Source: Candidatus Microgenomates bacterium (GTDB lineage: Bacteria > Patescibacteriota > Microgenomatia > Daviesbacterales > UBA10151). From it: a DNA stretch of 64,000 nucleotides. Under the pieces are notes generated by a model. It saw only the letters and a program-made list of their open reading frames with translations, ran no database searches and was not told the origin of the DNA. The translations under genes and the position numbers were made by a program. This document shows positions 28,646 through 39,025 of this stretch, piece by piece; positions within the stretch are counted from its first letter, which is position 1; every line of letters begins with the position of its first letter. The stretch covers positions 64,502-128,501 of the forward strand of contig JACOYE010000008.1 in assembly GCA_016182045.1 (NCBI GenBank), in the 5' to 3' direction.

Positions 28646-28693
28646 TCAACTTGTTTATAAATATAATGTTTGCTAGGATAATCTAAACATATT

Positions 28694-30733
28694 ATGCTTG
28701 ATAAGACTATTACATATTCCTTTTATCTCTTATTTTTCCTAACTCCTCTTTTTTGGACTTCCTTAAATTACGAACTGTTTGAGTATAATAAGATGTTTCT
28801 TACTTATGGATTAACTGTAATCATTGTCGGGGCATGGATTCTAAAAACGATAAACGATAAACGATTAACTTTTAAGCGCACTCCCTTGGATATTCCTCTT
28901 CTACTTTTTTTGGGAGCTAACATTTTTTCCACCATTCTTTCTATTGATACTCACATATCAATTTGGGGCTATTACTCAAGACAAAACGGCGGTCTTTTAT
29001 CTTTGATTGCTTATCTTCTACTCTACTGGGCATTTGTTTCAAATATGGATCTTAAAAAATCTTTGAATCTTTTAAAAGCAGCTTTCTTATCTGGTTTTAT
29101 TATTTCTCTATATGGCATTTTGGAACACTTCGGGGTGTCTCCTTCTTGTGTAATTCTAAGAGGTGAGTTTAATGCCTCATGTTGGGTGCAAGATGTCCAG
29201 GCCAGAGTGTTTGCTACCTTGGGCCAACCAAACTGGATGGCTGCCTATTTGGCCATGCTTATTTTTCCTGCCCTTTATTTCCTCCTCACATCCAAAAGCC
29301 GCATACTACATACTACATACTACATACTACTGATTATTATGTACCTGGCTTTTACCTTCACCTATTCCAGAGGACCAACATTAGGATTAATTGGTGGATT
29401 AGTGGTTTTTATTGGCCTTTATTTTATTCAGAATACTCGGAAAACTCAGAAAGACAGCGAATCAGTGTATCAGAGAATCCGATTATCTGAATTTCTGATT
29501 TCTCAGATATTCCGAGTCCTTCTGAGTTTTCTGGCAATTAACCTCCTTTTTGGGTCTGCCTTAACCAACTTCAGGTTAGTTTCCAAATTTGCCGCACCTG
29601 CCAGACCCGCTATCGCCCTTCCCGCCACAAACACTACTCAGCTTGAAACAGGAGGAACAGAATCCGGCCAGATCCGTTTTATAGTCTGGCAAGGAGCTCT
29701 AGAGATTTTCAAACACTACCCATTATTTGGTTCAGGAGTAGAAACCTTTGCCTATTCTTATTACCAATTCAGACCTGCCGAACACAATCTTACCTCAGAA
29801 TGGGACTTTCTCTATAACAAAGCGCATAACGAATACCTTAATTATTTGGCAACAACCGGAATCTTAGGTCTTAGCGCTTATAGTATAATCATTATAACTT
29901 TTATAATCTTTATACTAAAAAAGTTCAAAAAAGGGAATCTGCTGATTTTAAGCCTCCTTGCTAGCTACATTAGCTATCTAATCTACAACTTCTTCCTCTT
30001 TTCAGTAGTCACGATCGCCATCTTTTTCTATCTTTTCCCAGCCATTGCTTTCGTGGCCATAGACTCCACAAAGCCACTGAAATTTTCTCGACTTCTCACT
30101 TCTCACTTCTCACTTCTCACTTCCTACCTCTATCGTCGTACCTTCTATACCAAAATCGCCAAAGCTTTAGTCATTCTTTCTACCATCTACCTTCTATTTT
30201 CCATCTTCCAGCTCTGGTATGCCGATACCCGTTTTGCCAAGGGACAGAGAGCCTCGGAATTAGGCAATCCAGGACGAGCTTATAATTTACTGACCGAGGC
30301 TTTACAATTAAATGGTAATGAACCATTTTACAGAAGCGAACTTTCCTTTGCTGCAGCAGCTTCGGCTATAGCTCTTGAGGATTCCGAGGCCACCCTATCC
30401 GCAGCCCTAAAAGATGAGGCAATCAGAGAAATAGAGCTGGTCCTTAAAAATAGTCCCCAAAATGTCTCTTTTTGGCGGACAGCCATCAGAACCTATTTTG
30501 AGTTATCAGGCTTGGATAAAAATTACACTGATAAAACTCTTCAGGCTTTAGATCAGACAATCAAGCTGGCCCCAACTGATCCAAAACTATACTACAACAA
30601 GGCTTTAATACTCCAAACAATCAACAAAACTCAAGAAGCCATTAAGTCTTTGGAGAAAGCAATTGAGCTAAAACCGAACTATCAGGAAGCCATCCAGCAG
30701 CTTGAGGAAGCAACTTCATCAGCAAAACCATGA
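28694..30733 (+). CDS. O-antigen ligase-family membrane protein with C-terminal TPR
   Basis: ATLGQPN, YSRG, HNEYL; TPR-like tail. Confidence 0.85.
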   Translation: MLDKTITYSFYLLFFLTPLFWTSLNYELFEYNKMFLTYGLTVIIVGAWILKTINDKRLTFKRTPLDIPLLLFLGANIFSTILSIDTHISIWGYYSRQNGGLLSLIAYLLLYWAFVSNMDLKKSLNLLKAAFLSGFIISLYGILEHFGVSPSCVILRGEFNASCWVQDVQARVFATLGQPNWMAAYLAMLIFPALYFLLTSKSRILHTTYYILLIIMYLAFTFTYSRGPTLGLIGGLVVFIGLYFIQNTRKTQKDSESVYQRIRLSEFLISQIFRVLLSFLAINLLFGSALTNFRLVSKFAAPARPAIALPATNTTQLETGGTESGQIRFIVWQGALEIFKHYPLFGSGVETFAYSYYQFRPAEHNLTSEWDFLYNKAHNEYLNYLATTGILGLSAYSIIIITFIIFILKKFKKGNLLILSLLASYISYLIYNFFLFSVVTIAIFFYLFPAIAFVAIDSTKPLKFSRLLTSHFSLLTSYLYRRTFYTKIAKALVILSTIYLLFSIFQLWYADTRFAKGQRASELGNPGRAYNLLTEALQLNGNEPFYRSELSFAAAASAIALEDSEATLSAALKDEAIREIELVLKNSPQNVSFWRTAIRTYFELSGLDKNYTDKTLQALDQTIKLAPTDPKLYYNKALILQTINKTQEAIKSLEKAIELKPNYQEAIQQLEEATSSAKP

Positions 30734-30993
30734 AAAAGCTTGGTAGAATCATTGCCGAATCCAGATTTAAGAATAGGCCTAAAAATATCGCCTATGAATT
30801 CCAGCAATATGGAGTATACCTTGCAGAATCATTAAATGATACCAAACATTATTCTTTATACATCAAACTGGCCAAAGAAGTGGATAGAAAAATTTTGGAA
30901 GAAGCGCTAAATTTTACAAAGGAGTATTATGGTGCCAAATCCAAAGCTAAAGTATTTATGTGGAGATTGACGCAATTAAGGAAAACTGGCTAA
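30730..30993 (+). CDS. conserved hypothetical protein
   Basis: Coupled ORF between ligase and def. Confidence 0.7.
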   Translation: MKKLGRIIAESRFKNRPKNIAYEFQQYGVYLAESLNDTKHYSLYIKLAKEVDRKILEEALNFTKEYYGAKSKAKVFMWRLTQLRKTG

Positions 30994-31013
30994 ATTTCTG
31001 TTACAATTCCCTC

Positions 31014-31580
31014 ATGCTTCAAGTAATTAAAGCGCCTGATTCAAGGCTGCGGGTCAAGACAACGGCTGTCAAAAAGATTACTCCTGCTTTAATTAATACC
31101 CTGAAAGAGATGATTAAACTGACCAAAACTTTTAAAGAGCCAGAAGGGGTAGGTTTGGCCTCCACTCAGATAGGTTTGGATGAGAGCTTTTTTGTGGCTC
31201 GCCTCGATGAGTCGGCCCGCCTAGACGCGAGGCTGGCGAAGCGGGCCAAAGATGGTCAAAGATTTATGATGGTGATTAATCCCAAAGTTATATCTATGGG
31301 CAAGCGCAGCAAAAAATACTTTGAAGGTTGTCTGTCCACCCCCAATATTTGGGGTGAGGTCAAAAGAGCTACCCAACTTAAGGTTTCTTATCAGGATGAA
31401 AATGGAAAGATGATCACTAAATCCTTAAAAGGTGTACCTGCCTGGATATTTCAACATGAGATTGACCATCTAAATGGCATTCTTTTCCAGGATAGAGTTT
31501 TGGAGCAAAAGGGTAAGTTTTATAAGTTTACTGGTAAAGATAAAACCGGCACAGATATGTTTGAGGAGGTGACAATTTGA
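31014..31580 (+). CDS. def: peptide deformylase
   Basis: GVGLASTQ, EGCLS, QHEIDH; start MLQVI. Confidence 0.95.
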   Translation: MLQVIKAPDSRLRVKTTAVKKITPALINTLKEMIKLTKTFKEPEGVGLASTQIGLDESFFVARLDESARLDARLAKRAKDGQRFMMVINPKVISMGKRSKKYFEGCLSTPNIWGEVKRATQLKVSYQDENGKMITKSLKGVPAWIFQHEIDHLNGILFQDRVLEQKGKFYKFTGKDKTGTDMFEEVTI

Positions 31581-32521
31581 GTATAATTTCCAAACTCAAT
31601 ATGAAAACATTACAACAACCACAAGTTTGGCCCAAGCTTTATGAAACTATTCTGATTAAGGAGGAGATTAAAAAATATTTACATAAGATGCCAAGACACA
31701 ACATAGAAATTGTTTTTTGGGGCTCTGATCCATGGTCTGTCTATGTTCTGAAAGCCTTAGAGGATAATTTTGATGTCAAGGCTATAGTTACTGCTTCGGA
31801 TTCATCTGTAGCAAATTATTTTAAAGGTCCAATCCTAACTCCTGAAAAGCTAGACCATGACTTTCTCACTTCTCACTTCTCATTTCTCACTTCTGATCTA
31901 TTTATAGTTGCCTCCTATGGCAAAATAATTCCACAATCCATCTTAAACATTCCAAAATTCGCAAGTTTAAATGTCCATCCATCACTACTCCCCAAATACA
32001 GAGGTTCATCTCCGGTACCGGCCACCATTCTTATGGGAGACAAAATTACAGGAGTAACCATTATTAAGATGGATGCTAAAGTGGATCATGGGCCGATTGT
32101 TTCTACAAAAGAAATTAGCTTAACAGGACAGGAAAATTCCCTATTTTTGATCAATAAATTATTTCAACTCGGAGCAGATCTGTTAGTAAAAATAATACCG
32201 GATTATATGACAGGCAAAATAAAATTAATGCCCCAAAATCACCTAAAAGCCACATATTGTGAAAGGCTAACCAGAAACAGTGGTTATTTTAAAATTGATA
32301 ATCCTCCATCACCTGAGAAACTGGATAGAATGATCCGGGCATATTATCCCTGGCCGGGAGTTTGGACCCGCTTTCGCCCTTCGGGCTCCAGCGGGCAAGC
32401 CAAAATAGTAAAATTCCTACCAGGTGGGCTACTTCAAATGGAGGGTAAAAAAGCTATATCTTACCAAGACTTCCTCAACGGCTACCCAGATTTTCCGATC
32501 AAAGAGCTTCTCAAAGTATGA
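31577..32521 (+). CDS. fmt: methionyl-tRNA formyltransferase
   Basis: NVHPSLLPKYRG, DHGP; start codon uncertain. Confidence 0.92.
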   Translation: MSIISKLNMKTLQQPQVWPKLYETILIKEEIKKYLHKMPRHNIEIVFWGSDPWSVYVLKALEDNFDVKAIVTASDSSVANYFKGPILTPEKLDHDFLTSHFSFLTSDLFIVASYGKIIPQSILNIPKFASLNVHPSLLPKYRGSSPVPATILMGDKITGVTIIKMDAKVDHGPIVSTKEISLTGQENSLFLINKLFQLGADLLVKIIPDYMTGKIKLMPQNHLKATYCERLTRNSGYFKIDNPPSPEKLDRMIRAYYPWPGVWTRFRPSGSSGQAKIVKFLPGGLLQMEGKKAISYQDFLNGYPDFPIKELLKV

Positions 32522-32970
32522 AATTCTTCCAGATAAGCTTCGACGTCTGAAATCACAGAGCTTTGTCTTGCTGCATCCATATCAAAACCTGATCTTAGGA
32601 ATCCTGCCCTGCAAATACGTTTAGCTGCATCATATAGTGGAGAAAAAATTGCATTTGCTAAAGGCAAAGAATTAATTCCACTCCTCCTCACATAATCTAC
32701 ATATCTATGATTGTAGGTGGGGTCCAAATAAAACTCTAAAGCTTCATAATCTCTCCGTGCTGCTCCAATATGATTTGCGGCAGTCATTTCTAAGAAAACT
32801 CCAAGCACATCTCGTGTGGTACCCCTGATAAGATGTTTATTCGACAAGCTTTCTATAATATCTCTATTAATGGATCTGGCAACCCGTCTGGCTTGATATC
32901 CTACCATCAAAGATCGTATTCTTTCATTTGATTTAATCAAAAATACTTCAATAGACTCAGGTATTATCAT
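32482..32970 (-). CDS. hypothetical protein
   Basis: Open frame downstream of rpmB, 3' end overlaps fmt. Confidence 0.55.
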   Translation of the reverse strand: MIIPESIEVFLIKSNERIRSLMVGYQARRVARSINRDIIESLSNKHLIRGTTRDVLGVFLEMTAANHIGAARRDYEALEFYLDPTYNHRYVDYVRRSGINSLPLANAIFSPLYDAAKRICRAGFLRSGFDMDAARQSSVISDVEAYLEEFHTLRSSLIGKSG

Positions 32971-32983
32971 TTTAGTAAAGAAA

Positions 32984-33217
32984 TCAAACAGCAATACTTG
33001 TTGGAATCACGTTAGGAGTTATTAAGGGTTTCTTTACTATCCTTAAACATTTAGTACAGTATTTTTTACCCAAAAAGGTGTGCAAATTTACTTTTTGGAC
33101 TCTTTTGTGAATTGGGGCACGCAAAGCCCAAACTCCCCCCGCTCCTGAGGAACCTTTCTTATGTCTGGAGAAAGCCACTATTTTTTTACCTTTTCCGCAT
33201 CTTGAACAGATTAACAT
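32984..33217 (-). CDS. rpmB: 50S ribosomal protein L28
   Basis: CxxCGK...KRVQKVNL...CTKCLR. Confidence 0.85.
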   Translation of the reverse strand: MLICSRCGKGKKIVAFSRHKKGSSGAGGVWALRAPIHKRVQKVNLHTFLGKKYCTKCLRIVKKPLITPNVIPTSIAV

Positions 33218-33235
33218 ATGTGATAATATAACATA

Positions 33236-33874
33236 ATGAACCCGGAATTTCTAGCCATATCTATTGTAATCCTGCTTTTTTCAGTTATTGTCCATGAGGT
33301 GATGCATGGACTGATGGCCAAAAGATTTGGAGATCATACGGCAGAACAGGCTGGTAGACTGACCTTAAATCCTATTCCCCATATTGATCCAGTGGGAACC
33401 ATTCTACTACCGGCACTGCTAATCTTATCTGGCTCCCCCATTCTTTTTGGCTGGGCCAAACCAGTTCCTGTCAACCCTTTAAATTTTTCCAACCTCAGAC
33501 GAGGAGAGCTTTTTGTTTCTGCAGCCGGAATTTTGGCCAATTTTGGCCTGGCCATCTTTGCTGCCGCAATCTTCCATATCCTAAATGCCTTACCTCAAAC
33601 TTTTCCATTTTTGTTAGGGGCTCTTCTTCGTTTTGCAGTGACAATTAATTTAGTTTTGGGAGTATTTAATCTATTCCCCATTCCTCCTTTGGATGGATCA
33701 AAAGTACTGCTTTCCCAGCTTCCTTATAATCTGGCAAAACAATATCAAAAAATAGAGCCTTACGGAATTTTGATTTTGTTAGTTCTACTGATGGTCCCCT
33801 TTGGCAGCTCATCATTATTACAAACAATTTTGCGATTTTTTGTGGGAATTTTAAGTAAGCTTTTGGGATTTTAA
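33236..33874 (+). CDS. site-2 protease (M50)
   Basis: HEVMHG, NLFPIPPLDG. Confidence 0.93.
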   Translation: MNPEFLAISIVILLFSVIVHEVMHGLMAKRFGDHTAEQAGRLTLNPIPHIDPVGTILLPALLILSGSPILFGWAKPVPVNPLNFSNLRRGELFVSAAGILANFGLAIFAAAIFHILNALPQTFPFLLGALLRFAVTINLVLGVFNLFPIPPLDGSKVLLSQLPYNLAKQYQKIEPYGILILLVLLMVPFGSSSLLQTILRFFVGILSKLLGF

Positions 33875-34242
33875 GATTCTAAAGAGGATTTAAGCTCAAC
33901 TTTGCCAAAAAATTTCAGTTTCAGAAGTTTTTGATCGTTTGTCAGAAAAATATCGCATTCTGCTTCAGTTGCAGAATGGAGCTGAATATTATCTTCAAAA
34001 TCAGATGTGGGTCCACCTAAAGCCTTAACGGTCAATTCAGTATCAAAAGAAACCAATTTAAAAAATCTATCTATATCAGCCAGACGTTCATCCGGGATTT
34101 TGTACTTATAGAGATAGGTAAGAATATGCACTGATAAGGGTGAGAGGTACAAATCATGAATGCGCAGCTTCTTACTATCAATGGATTTACGTTTCTCCAC
34201 CAAGTCTATGAAGATATTAGCATCAAGAAAGATCTTTGCCAT
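33871..34242 (-). CDS. PIN-domain (VapC-like) toxin
   Basis: FLDANI, DFEDNIQ, FLTND. Confidence 0.88.
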   Translation of the reverse strand: MAKIFLDANIFIDLVEKRKSIDSKKLRIHDLYLSPLSVHILTYLYKYKIPDERLADIDRFFKLVSFDTELTVKALGGPTSDFEDNIQLHSATEAECDIFLTNDQKLLKLKFFGKVELKSSLES

Positions 34243-34486
34243 ATTTTTCCATCATGTGCTTTCTGTAGACTCTTTCACGATCCTTTCTAGATATTATTTT
34301 TTTAGGCTTGATATTGTCTAAGAACTTCTCAAATGCGTCTGGATCAAATGGTTTTGGTTCATATGTAGGTAGAATTTCTCCAATCACCTTAGAGCGATGG
34401 ATCAAACGCAGGGTACCCCCTTCTTTAAGGGTATGAACAACCTTACTTGATTTTGTTCTAAGTTCAGTGGTAGTGATATATTGCAT
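34223..34486 (-). CDS. Phd-like antitoxin
   Basis: ITTTELRTKS N-terminus; overlaps PIN gene; AAATGTA/TACATTT operator upstream. Confidence 0.8.
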   Translation of the reverse strand: MQYITTTELRTKSSKVVHTLKEGGTLRLIHRSKVIGEILPTYEPKPFDPDAFEKFLDNIKPKKIISRKDRERVYRKHMMEKYGKDLS

Positions 34487-34601
34487 ACCTTTTAAATGTA
34501 CACTTGAATATACATTTTGTCAATACTTGTTTGTAGGGACCACATTGTAGGAACCACAAAGTTAACACATTACTAAGGAAGTTAAGTAAGTTTTTAGGCT
34601 T

Positions 34602-36119
34602 TTAAATTGGATAGGCTTCAATTTCTGGATGGCTTAGAACATACTCAATCATCGCTCCGATAACCCAACTGTTAATACGAACATCAGATATTCGTTTATC
34701 TCTATGAGTACGAATCAGCCATTCGTGAATCTGCTTTGGAGTAGTAAAACCAAGGCCAGCTGCTTCCTTAATCCTATTCCTTATTAAAAGAACCTCAGAC
34801 TTAAACTTTACTTCCACTGTTTGTCTGGCTATTTGTCTTTCAAATAGTAAATTAACTTGACTCTTAATACCTTCCTGTTCAAGTAGTTGCTCTAGTTTAT
34901 ATCCAAGTTTCTCTCCCAATTTAACTACTCCCTTTACACCTATGCCACGTATGTCAGCTAAATCTTTTATTGAAAAATTTAATAGCTCAACCAGTGTTGT
35001 TTCTTCTGGAAGCAAACCCTTAATAAGAAAGGGTATCTTTTGATTCAGCTCTCTTTGTATAGAATTGTAAACACGAGTAGAAAGTCCAAGCTCAGATAGC
35101 CGTATGCTCCCTAACAATTCCATATGTTCAGGACTCAGTATAATTTCTGATATCAGATTGTTAAGCTTTGGCCGAGATTCCCACTCATCAAGCAACCTCT
35201 GTCTTTCCAACCCTTTTTGCTGCTCCTCTTTTTTCCTTCTCCTTTCTTCCTCCTCTTGTTGCCTGTAATATTTATCGGCCATCTTTTTAAGTTCATTACC
35301 CAATTCACCACGGGCTTTTTGGGATAGAGTAACATCTTGAAGGTTAACCTTAACCAAATCATCTAAAGAGTGTATGGATATGTTTGCTACTTCCTCTTTT
35401 GTTGTGTCGGAAAGATCAAGATTTCTAACAGACAAATAAGGAAATTTGGGGAGATCTTTCATAAAGACTGCTCCAAGAAACTCCCGTCCCAAATTTTCCT
35501 CAGGTAAACTAAGGTAACCAGTTAAATCTTCCCAATGGGAACGGGATCGAAGATGCCACAAGGCTTTGGCTTCAATTACACGAATCCCTTCTCTTCCAAT
35601 CTTGCGCCCCATATGCTCAGGACTACCAATTTCTTTAAGTGTTCTTCTGATGCCATCATCAAGCCCAAGACGAAGTCTTAATACTCTTTGTTCTCTTTCA
35701 GGTAATGTGGCGACCTTCTCCCCAACCGCACCGACAATTTCACCCTCACTCTCTGGAGGAACTGGATACTGTTGTTCGCCGAAAGCAGCTTCCAAAACTC
35801 GTGCATGCGGAGTCAGCCTCTGTCCTTCAAGATACTCCTTAAGTCTTTCTCTAACCCGAAACTTATTGGCAAATGAGGAAAGTTGATCATCAGGAAGAGA
35901 CAGAATCTCATAAACTATAGTTATATTTCTACCTTGTAATTCGGATAGTAAAGCTTTATTTGCTGGCCATAAGGTTTCTAGGAGCTTACTAAATGTTGTT
36001 TTTGGCCTCAAACGTCCTCCCAAACCAGAAATCTCAGAGATAAGAGTAAAGCCGATACTATCCTTTGGAACCATCTCTATAATGGGTATCCACTGCAGTT
36101 TTTGTTCTACTAAATTCAT
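34602..36119 (-). CDS. sigma-70 region 4 / RNA polymerase alpha-CTD-like multidomain protein
   Basis: LPEREQRVLRLRLGLDDG..TLKEIG..IRVIEAKAL; LSELGLSTRVYNSI..DLADIRGIGVKG. Confidence 0.75.
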   Translation of the reverse strand: MNLVEQKLQWIPIIEMVPKDSIGFTLISEISGLGGRLRPKTTFSKLLETLWPANKALLSELQGRNITIVYEILSLPDDQLSSFANKFRVRERLKEYLEGQRLTPHARVLEAAFGEQQYPVPPESEGEIVGAVGEKVATLPEREQRVLRLRLGLDDGIRRTLKEIGSPEHMGRKIGREGIRVIEAKALWHLRSRSHWEDLTGYLSLPEENLGREFLGAVFMKDLPKFPYLSVRNLDLSDTTKEEVANISIHSLDDLVKVNLQDVTLSQKARGELGNELKKMADKYYRQQEEEERRRKKEEQQKGLERQRLLDEWESRPKLNNLISEIILSPEHMELLGSIRLSELGLSTRVYNSIQRELNQKIPFLIKGLLPEETTLVELLNFSIKDLADIRGIGVKGVVKLGEKLGYKLEQLLEQEGIKSQVNLLFERQIARQTVEVKFKSEVLLIRNRIKEAAGLGFTTPKQIHEWLIRTHRDKRISDVRINSWVIGAMIEYVLSHPEIEAYPI

Positions 36120-36164
36120 ACTTACCCTATAGTTTACTGAACTTTGTTCCTGAAGTCAAGGACA

Positions 36165-37346
36165 TTAAGGTTTTAGAAAATGTTTTTGGCGGACTACAAA
36201 AATTAAGGTCACAAAAAGAATTAAAGCAGAGAAAGTAAACGGAGAATGATATCCAAAGGTGGAAAAAATCCATCCACCCAAAAGGGGGCCTAAAATCCTG
36301 CCCATGCTCTCAAAAGCAGATGAGACCCCCATGGTAGTTCCCTGCCCTTCTTTAGTTTCCTTGGAAATTAAAGAGCCAATGGTTGGTCTTGATAATCCAG
36401 AACCTAAAGCAAAACCAACCATCAAAAAGCCCATGGCAAGTGCTATTTTAGAAAAAGGCATCAAAAGCAGTGTCACAGCCATAATGGCAATTCCCAAAAT
36501 CACTGTCTTATGCTCACCTATGATACCAGCCACCCTATAAACAAGCATGCTTTGCACAAAAGCTGACATCAAACCCATGCCGCTAAAAAATATGCTAATG
36601 GTGGTGGTGTTTATCCCTAAAAATTCATATCCAAAAAGGGGCACTGCCACCTCATTATTAGACAAAGCAAAGGACCAAAGAAAGATTAAAATAAAAAGAG
36701 AGCTTAATTCTCCTTTTAGACCCTGATACATCTTATTGAAATTTAAAAAGCCCTCTTTGATGATCAACTTTTCCCTCTTTTCAGTCAGCGATTCAGGCAA
36801 TAAAAACTGAACAGACATGAAATTGACGGCAGCCATCAAGCTTGCGGCAAAGAATGGGAAAGAAATAGTGATATTTGATAAGAATCCTCCAATTGCCGGA
36901 CCAAAAATAAATCCCAGGGCCAAAGATGCCCCTAAATTACCCATGCCCTTAATTCTTTCTTCTTTAGTGGTTACATCCGCCACATAAGCTTGAGCAACAG
37001 ACAGTGATGCCCCGGAAAAGACCCCTTGTAAAAATCTGGAGACAAAAAGCCACAAAAGATTTTGGGCAAAACCAAAGACCAAAAATGTTACACTCAAACC
37101 TGCCAGAGAAGTCAAAATGACCGGTTTTCTGCCAAATCTATCGGAAAGCCTGCCCCAAATGGGAGAAAATAAAAATTGACCAATGGCAAAAGAGGCTGCC
37201 AAAAAGCCGATGGTGCTTTCCGAGGCATTAAAGTGCTTGGCATAAAAAGGTAAAAGCGGAAAAACCATGCCAAACCCCACAATATTTATAAAAATAGTTA
37301 AATAAATAAAAAATAATGGAGGTCTATCCTTGAAATATCTGAGCAT
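36165..37346 (-). CDS. MFS transporter (TetA/DHA1-like)
   Basis: GRLSDRFGRKP motif A, 12 TM. Confidence 0.92.
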   Translation of the reverse strand: MLRYFKDRPPLFFIYLTIFINIVGFGMVFPLLPFYAKHFNASESTIGFLAASFAIGQFLFSPIWGRLSDRFGRKPVILTSLAGLSVTFLVFGFAQNLLWLFVSRFLQGVFSGASLSVAQAYVADVTTKEERIKGMGNLGASLALGFIFGPAIGGFLSNITISFPFFAASLMAAVNFMSVQFLLPESLTEKREKLIIKEGFLNFNKMYQGLKGELSSLFILIFLWSFALSNNEVAVPLFGYEFLGINTTTISIFFSGMGLMSAFVQSMLVYRVAGIIGEHKTVILGIAIMAVTLLLMPFSKIALAMGFLMVGFALGSGLSRPTIGSLISKETKEGQGTTMGVSSAFESMGRILGPLLGGWIFSTFGYHSPFTFSALILFVTLIFVVRQKHFLKP

Positions 37347-37402
37347 AATTTTGAAATTTAGTTTGGTTTGGTATAAACTATTATATTACCAACTTAATTA
37401 CT

Positions 37403-38938
37403 ATGCCTGAATCATTATCTGTAACTCCAGAAGACCCTCCTCCCTTATCATCCGAGCTTAGATTGGCCCTAGAGATTTCTGAAGATGAATCCAACAATGA
37501 GATAATTCATAAAGCAATTGTCCGTCAGATAGTTAAAAGTGATCTTCTTACTACACTTCTATCTATTGCTGATGATCTTGAGATTGATCAATTATCACCT
37601 GAACACATTCCTCCCTCAATTTATAAAGCCATGCAAGATACCTCTTTGGAGATCCCTAAAAGGAGTGAGGAGGAGTTTAGTTTCCCATCCTCTTCAGAAC
37701 AAGATTTGGAAATTGCCCAATACAGTACCTATAGTGCAGAGTCTTTTAAAAGGCAGGCAGAAGAAACTAAAAACCTTTTAGAAAAAGAAAGATATCAAAT
37801 TATGGCAGCTGAGGCAAGGCTTATACCCACAATCTTCGTAGATGGCATGGTACGTGAGACATTAGACAAAGGGGGTAATGAGGGTTGGGATGGTAACAAA
37901 ATAAAAGTAAAAGAGGATGGATTACCGCTTTCTCAACTTAGAAGGCAATATTTTACCGGCACAATAGACAACTTGAGTGATTATGATGCTTTTAAAAAGG
38001 CTGTGGAAGGATCTTCTTTATCACCAATGGCAGAATTAATGCTTGATTTATATAAAAAGCTCAAAGCATTCGGAATAGACTCATTTCAGGATTTTTTCAA
38101 CATGATGGGACAGGATAAAGTATCAGTAAAGACACGCTCAGAGTGGGCTGTGAGTTTTTTCCAGGAAGATAACAATCAGGAAATACTTGAGGAGAAAATA
38201 AAGGAATTGGTAAAAGAGGGAGGTATTCCCGAAGTTCATCAGCAAACCTTTGCCGCTTTTGCCTTGGCAGCAAGATTACTTGATGAGGAAGATGGAAGAG
38301 AAATTTTGGAACCTAAGGAAATGCTTAAAAGGATCGCAGAAAAAGAAGGGATTAAATATGATGATGAAGATGTTCGATTTTTAGGAAATCAGCCAGTAGC
38401 CATCCCCTCAACAGCCCTATTAGCTCTAATAGATGCAGAAGGAAAAAGTGCGGTAGGCGCAACACTTTTACTACCTGAGGGTATGATATCAAGACATGTT
38501 ACCCACGAAGTTGCACATATTATACACGGATTGTTCATTAGAAAAATATCTCCTTTACTGGCTGCAAAGCTACCATCCCAGGCAGCTGAACGGATTGCCA
38601 CCTATTTAGAGTATAAATATGGTGGAGGGTTCACCCGTTATGCCCGATTGTCCGCTTCAAGATATGTTCTCTTAACTGAAGCCCAACTTGCTCATATTGA
38701 TGAGCTGGATGCGGCTTGTGAATCTGAAAATTTAGAAGAAATAGAGAGGATACTAAGGGACTCTCTGAAGACACCAACAGAGAACATGGAAAAAACCTTT
38801 GGAGAAACAGTTGCAGGCGAAACTTATGGTTATCCATTTGGCATTTTAGGCCTGTATGCTCATGCCAGTAGCCTGGTAGAGGGTGATCTGTTAAAACCAT
38901 TAACGCAGATTATAAAAGAAGCAATAACAATCACTTAA
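37403..38938 (+). CDS. acidic hypothetical protein with HExxH (putative metallopeptidase)
   Basis: VTHEVAHIIH plus downstream AERIA. Confidence 0.55.
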   Translation: MPESLSVTPEDPPPLSSELRLALEISEDESNNEIIHKAIVRQIVKSDLLTTLLSIADDLEIDQLSPEHIPPSIYKAMQDTSLEIPKRSEEEFSFPSSSEQDLEIAQYSTYSAESFKRQAEETKNLLEKERYQIMAAEARLIPTIFVDGMVRETLDKGGNEGWDGNKIKVKEDGLPLSQLRRQYFTGTIDNLSDYDAFKKAVEGSSLSPMAELMLDLYKKLKAFGIDSFQDFFNMMGQDKVSVKTRSEWAVSFFQEDNNQEILEEKIKELVKEGGIPEVHQQTFAAFALAARLLDEEDGREILEPKEMLKRIAEKEGIKYDDEDVRFLGNQPVAIPSTALLALIDAEGKSAVGATLLLPEGMISRHVTHEVAHIIHGLFIRKISPLLAAKLPSQAAERIATYLEYKYGGGFTRYARLSASRYVLLTEAQLAHIDELDAACESENLEEIERILRDSLKTPTENMEKTFGETVAGETYGYPFGILGLYAHASSLVEGDLLKPLTQIIKEAITIT

Positions 38939-39025
38939 TTTTTGGTGCACTTGACAAACCCATTAGTTAGTACTAATATAAAATTATCCTAAAGGACATT
39001 TAAAGTAGATGGCCTAAAGGATGAC

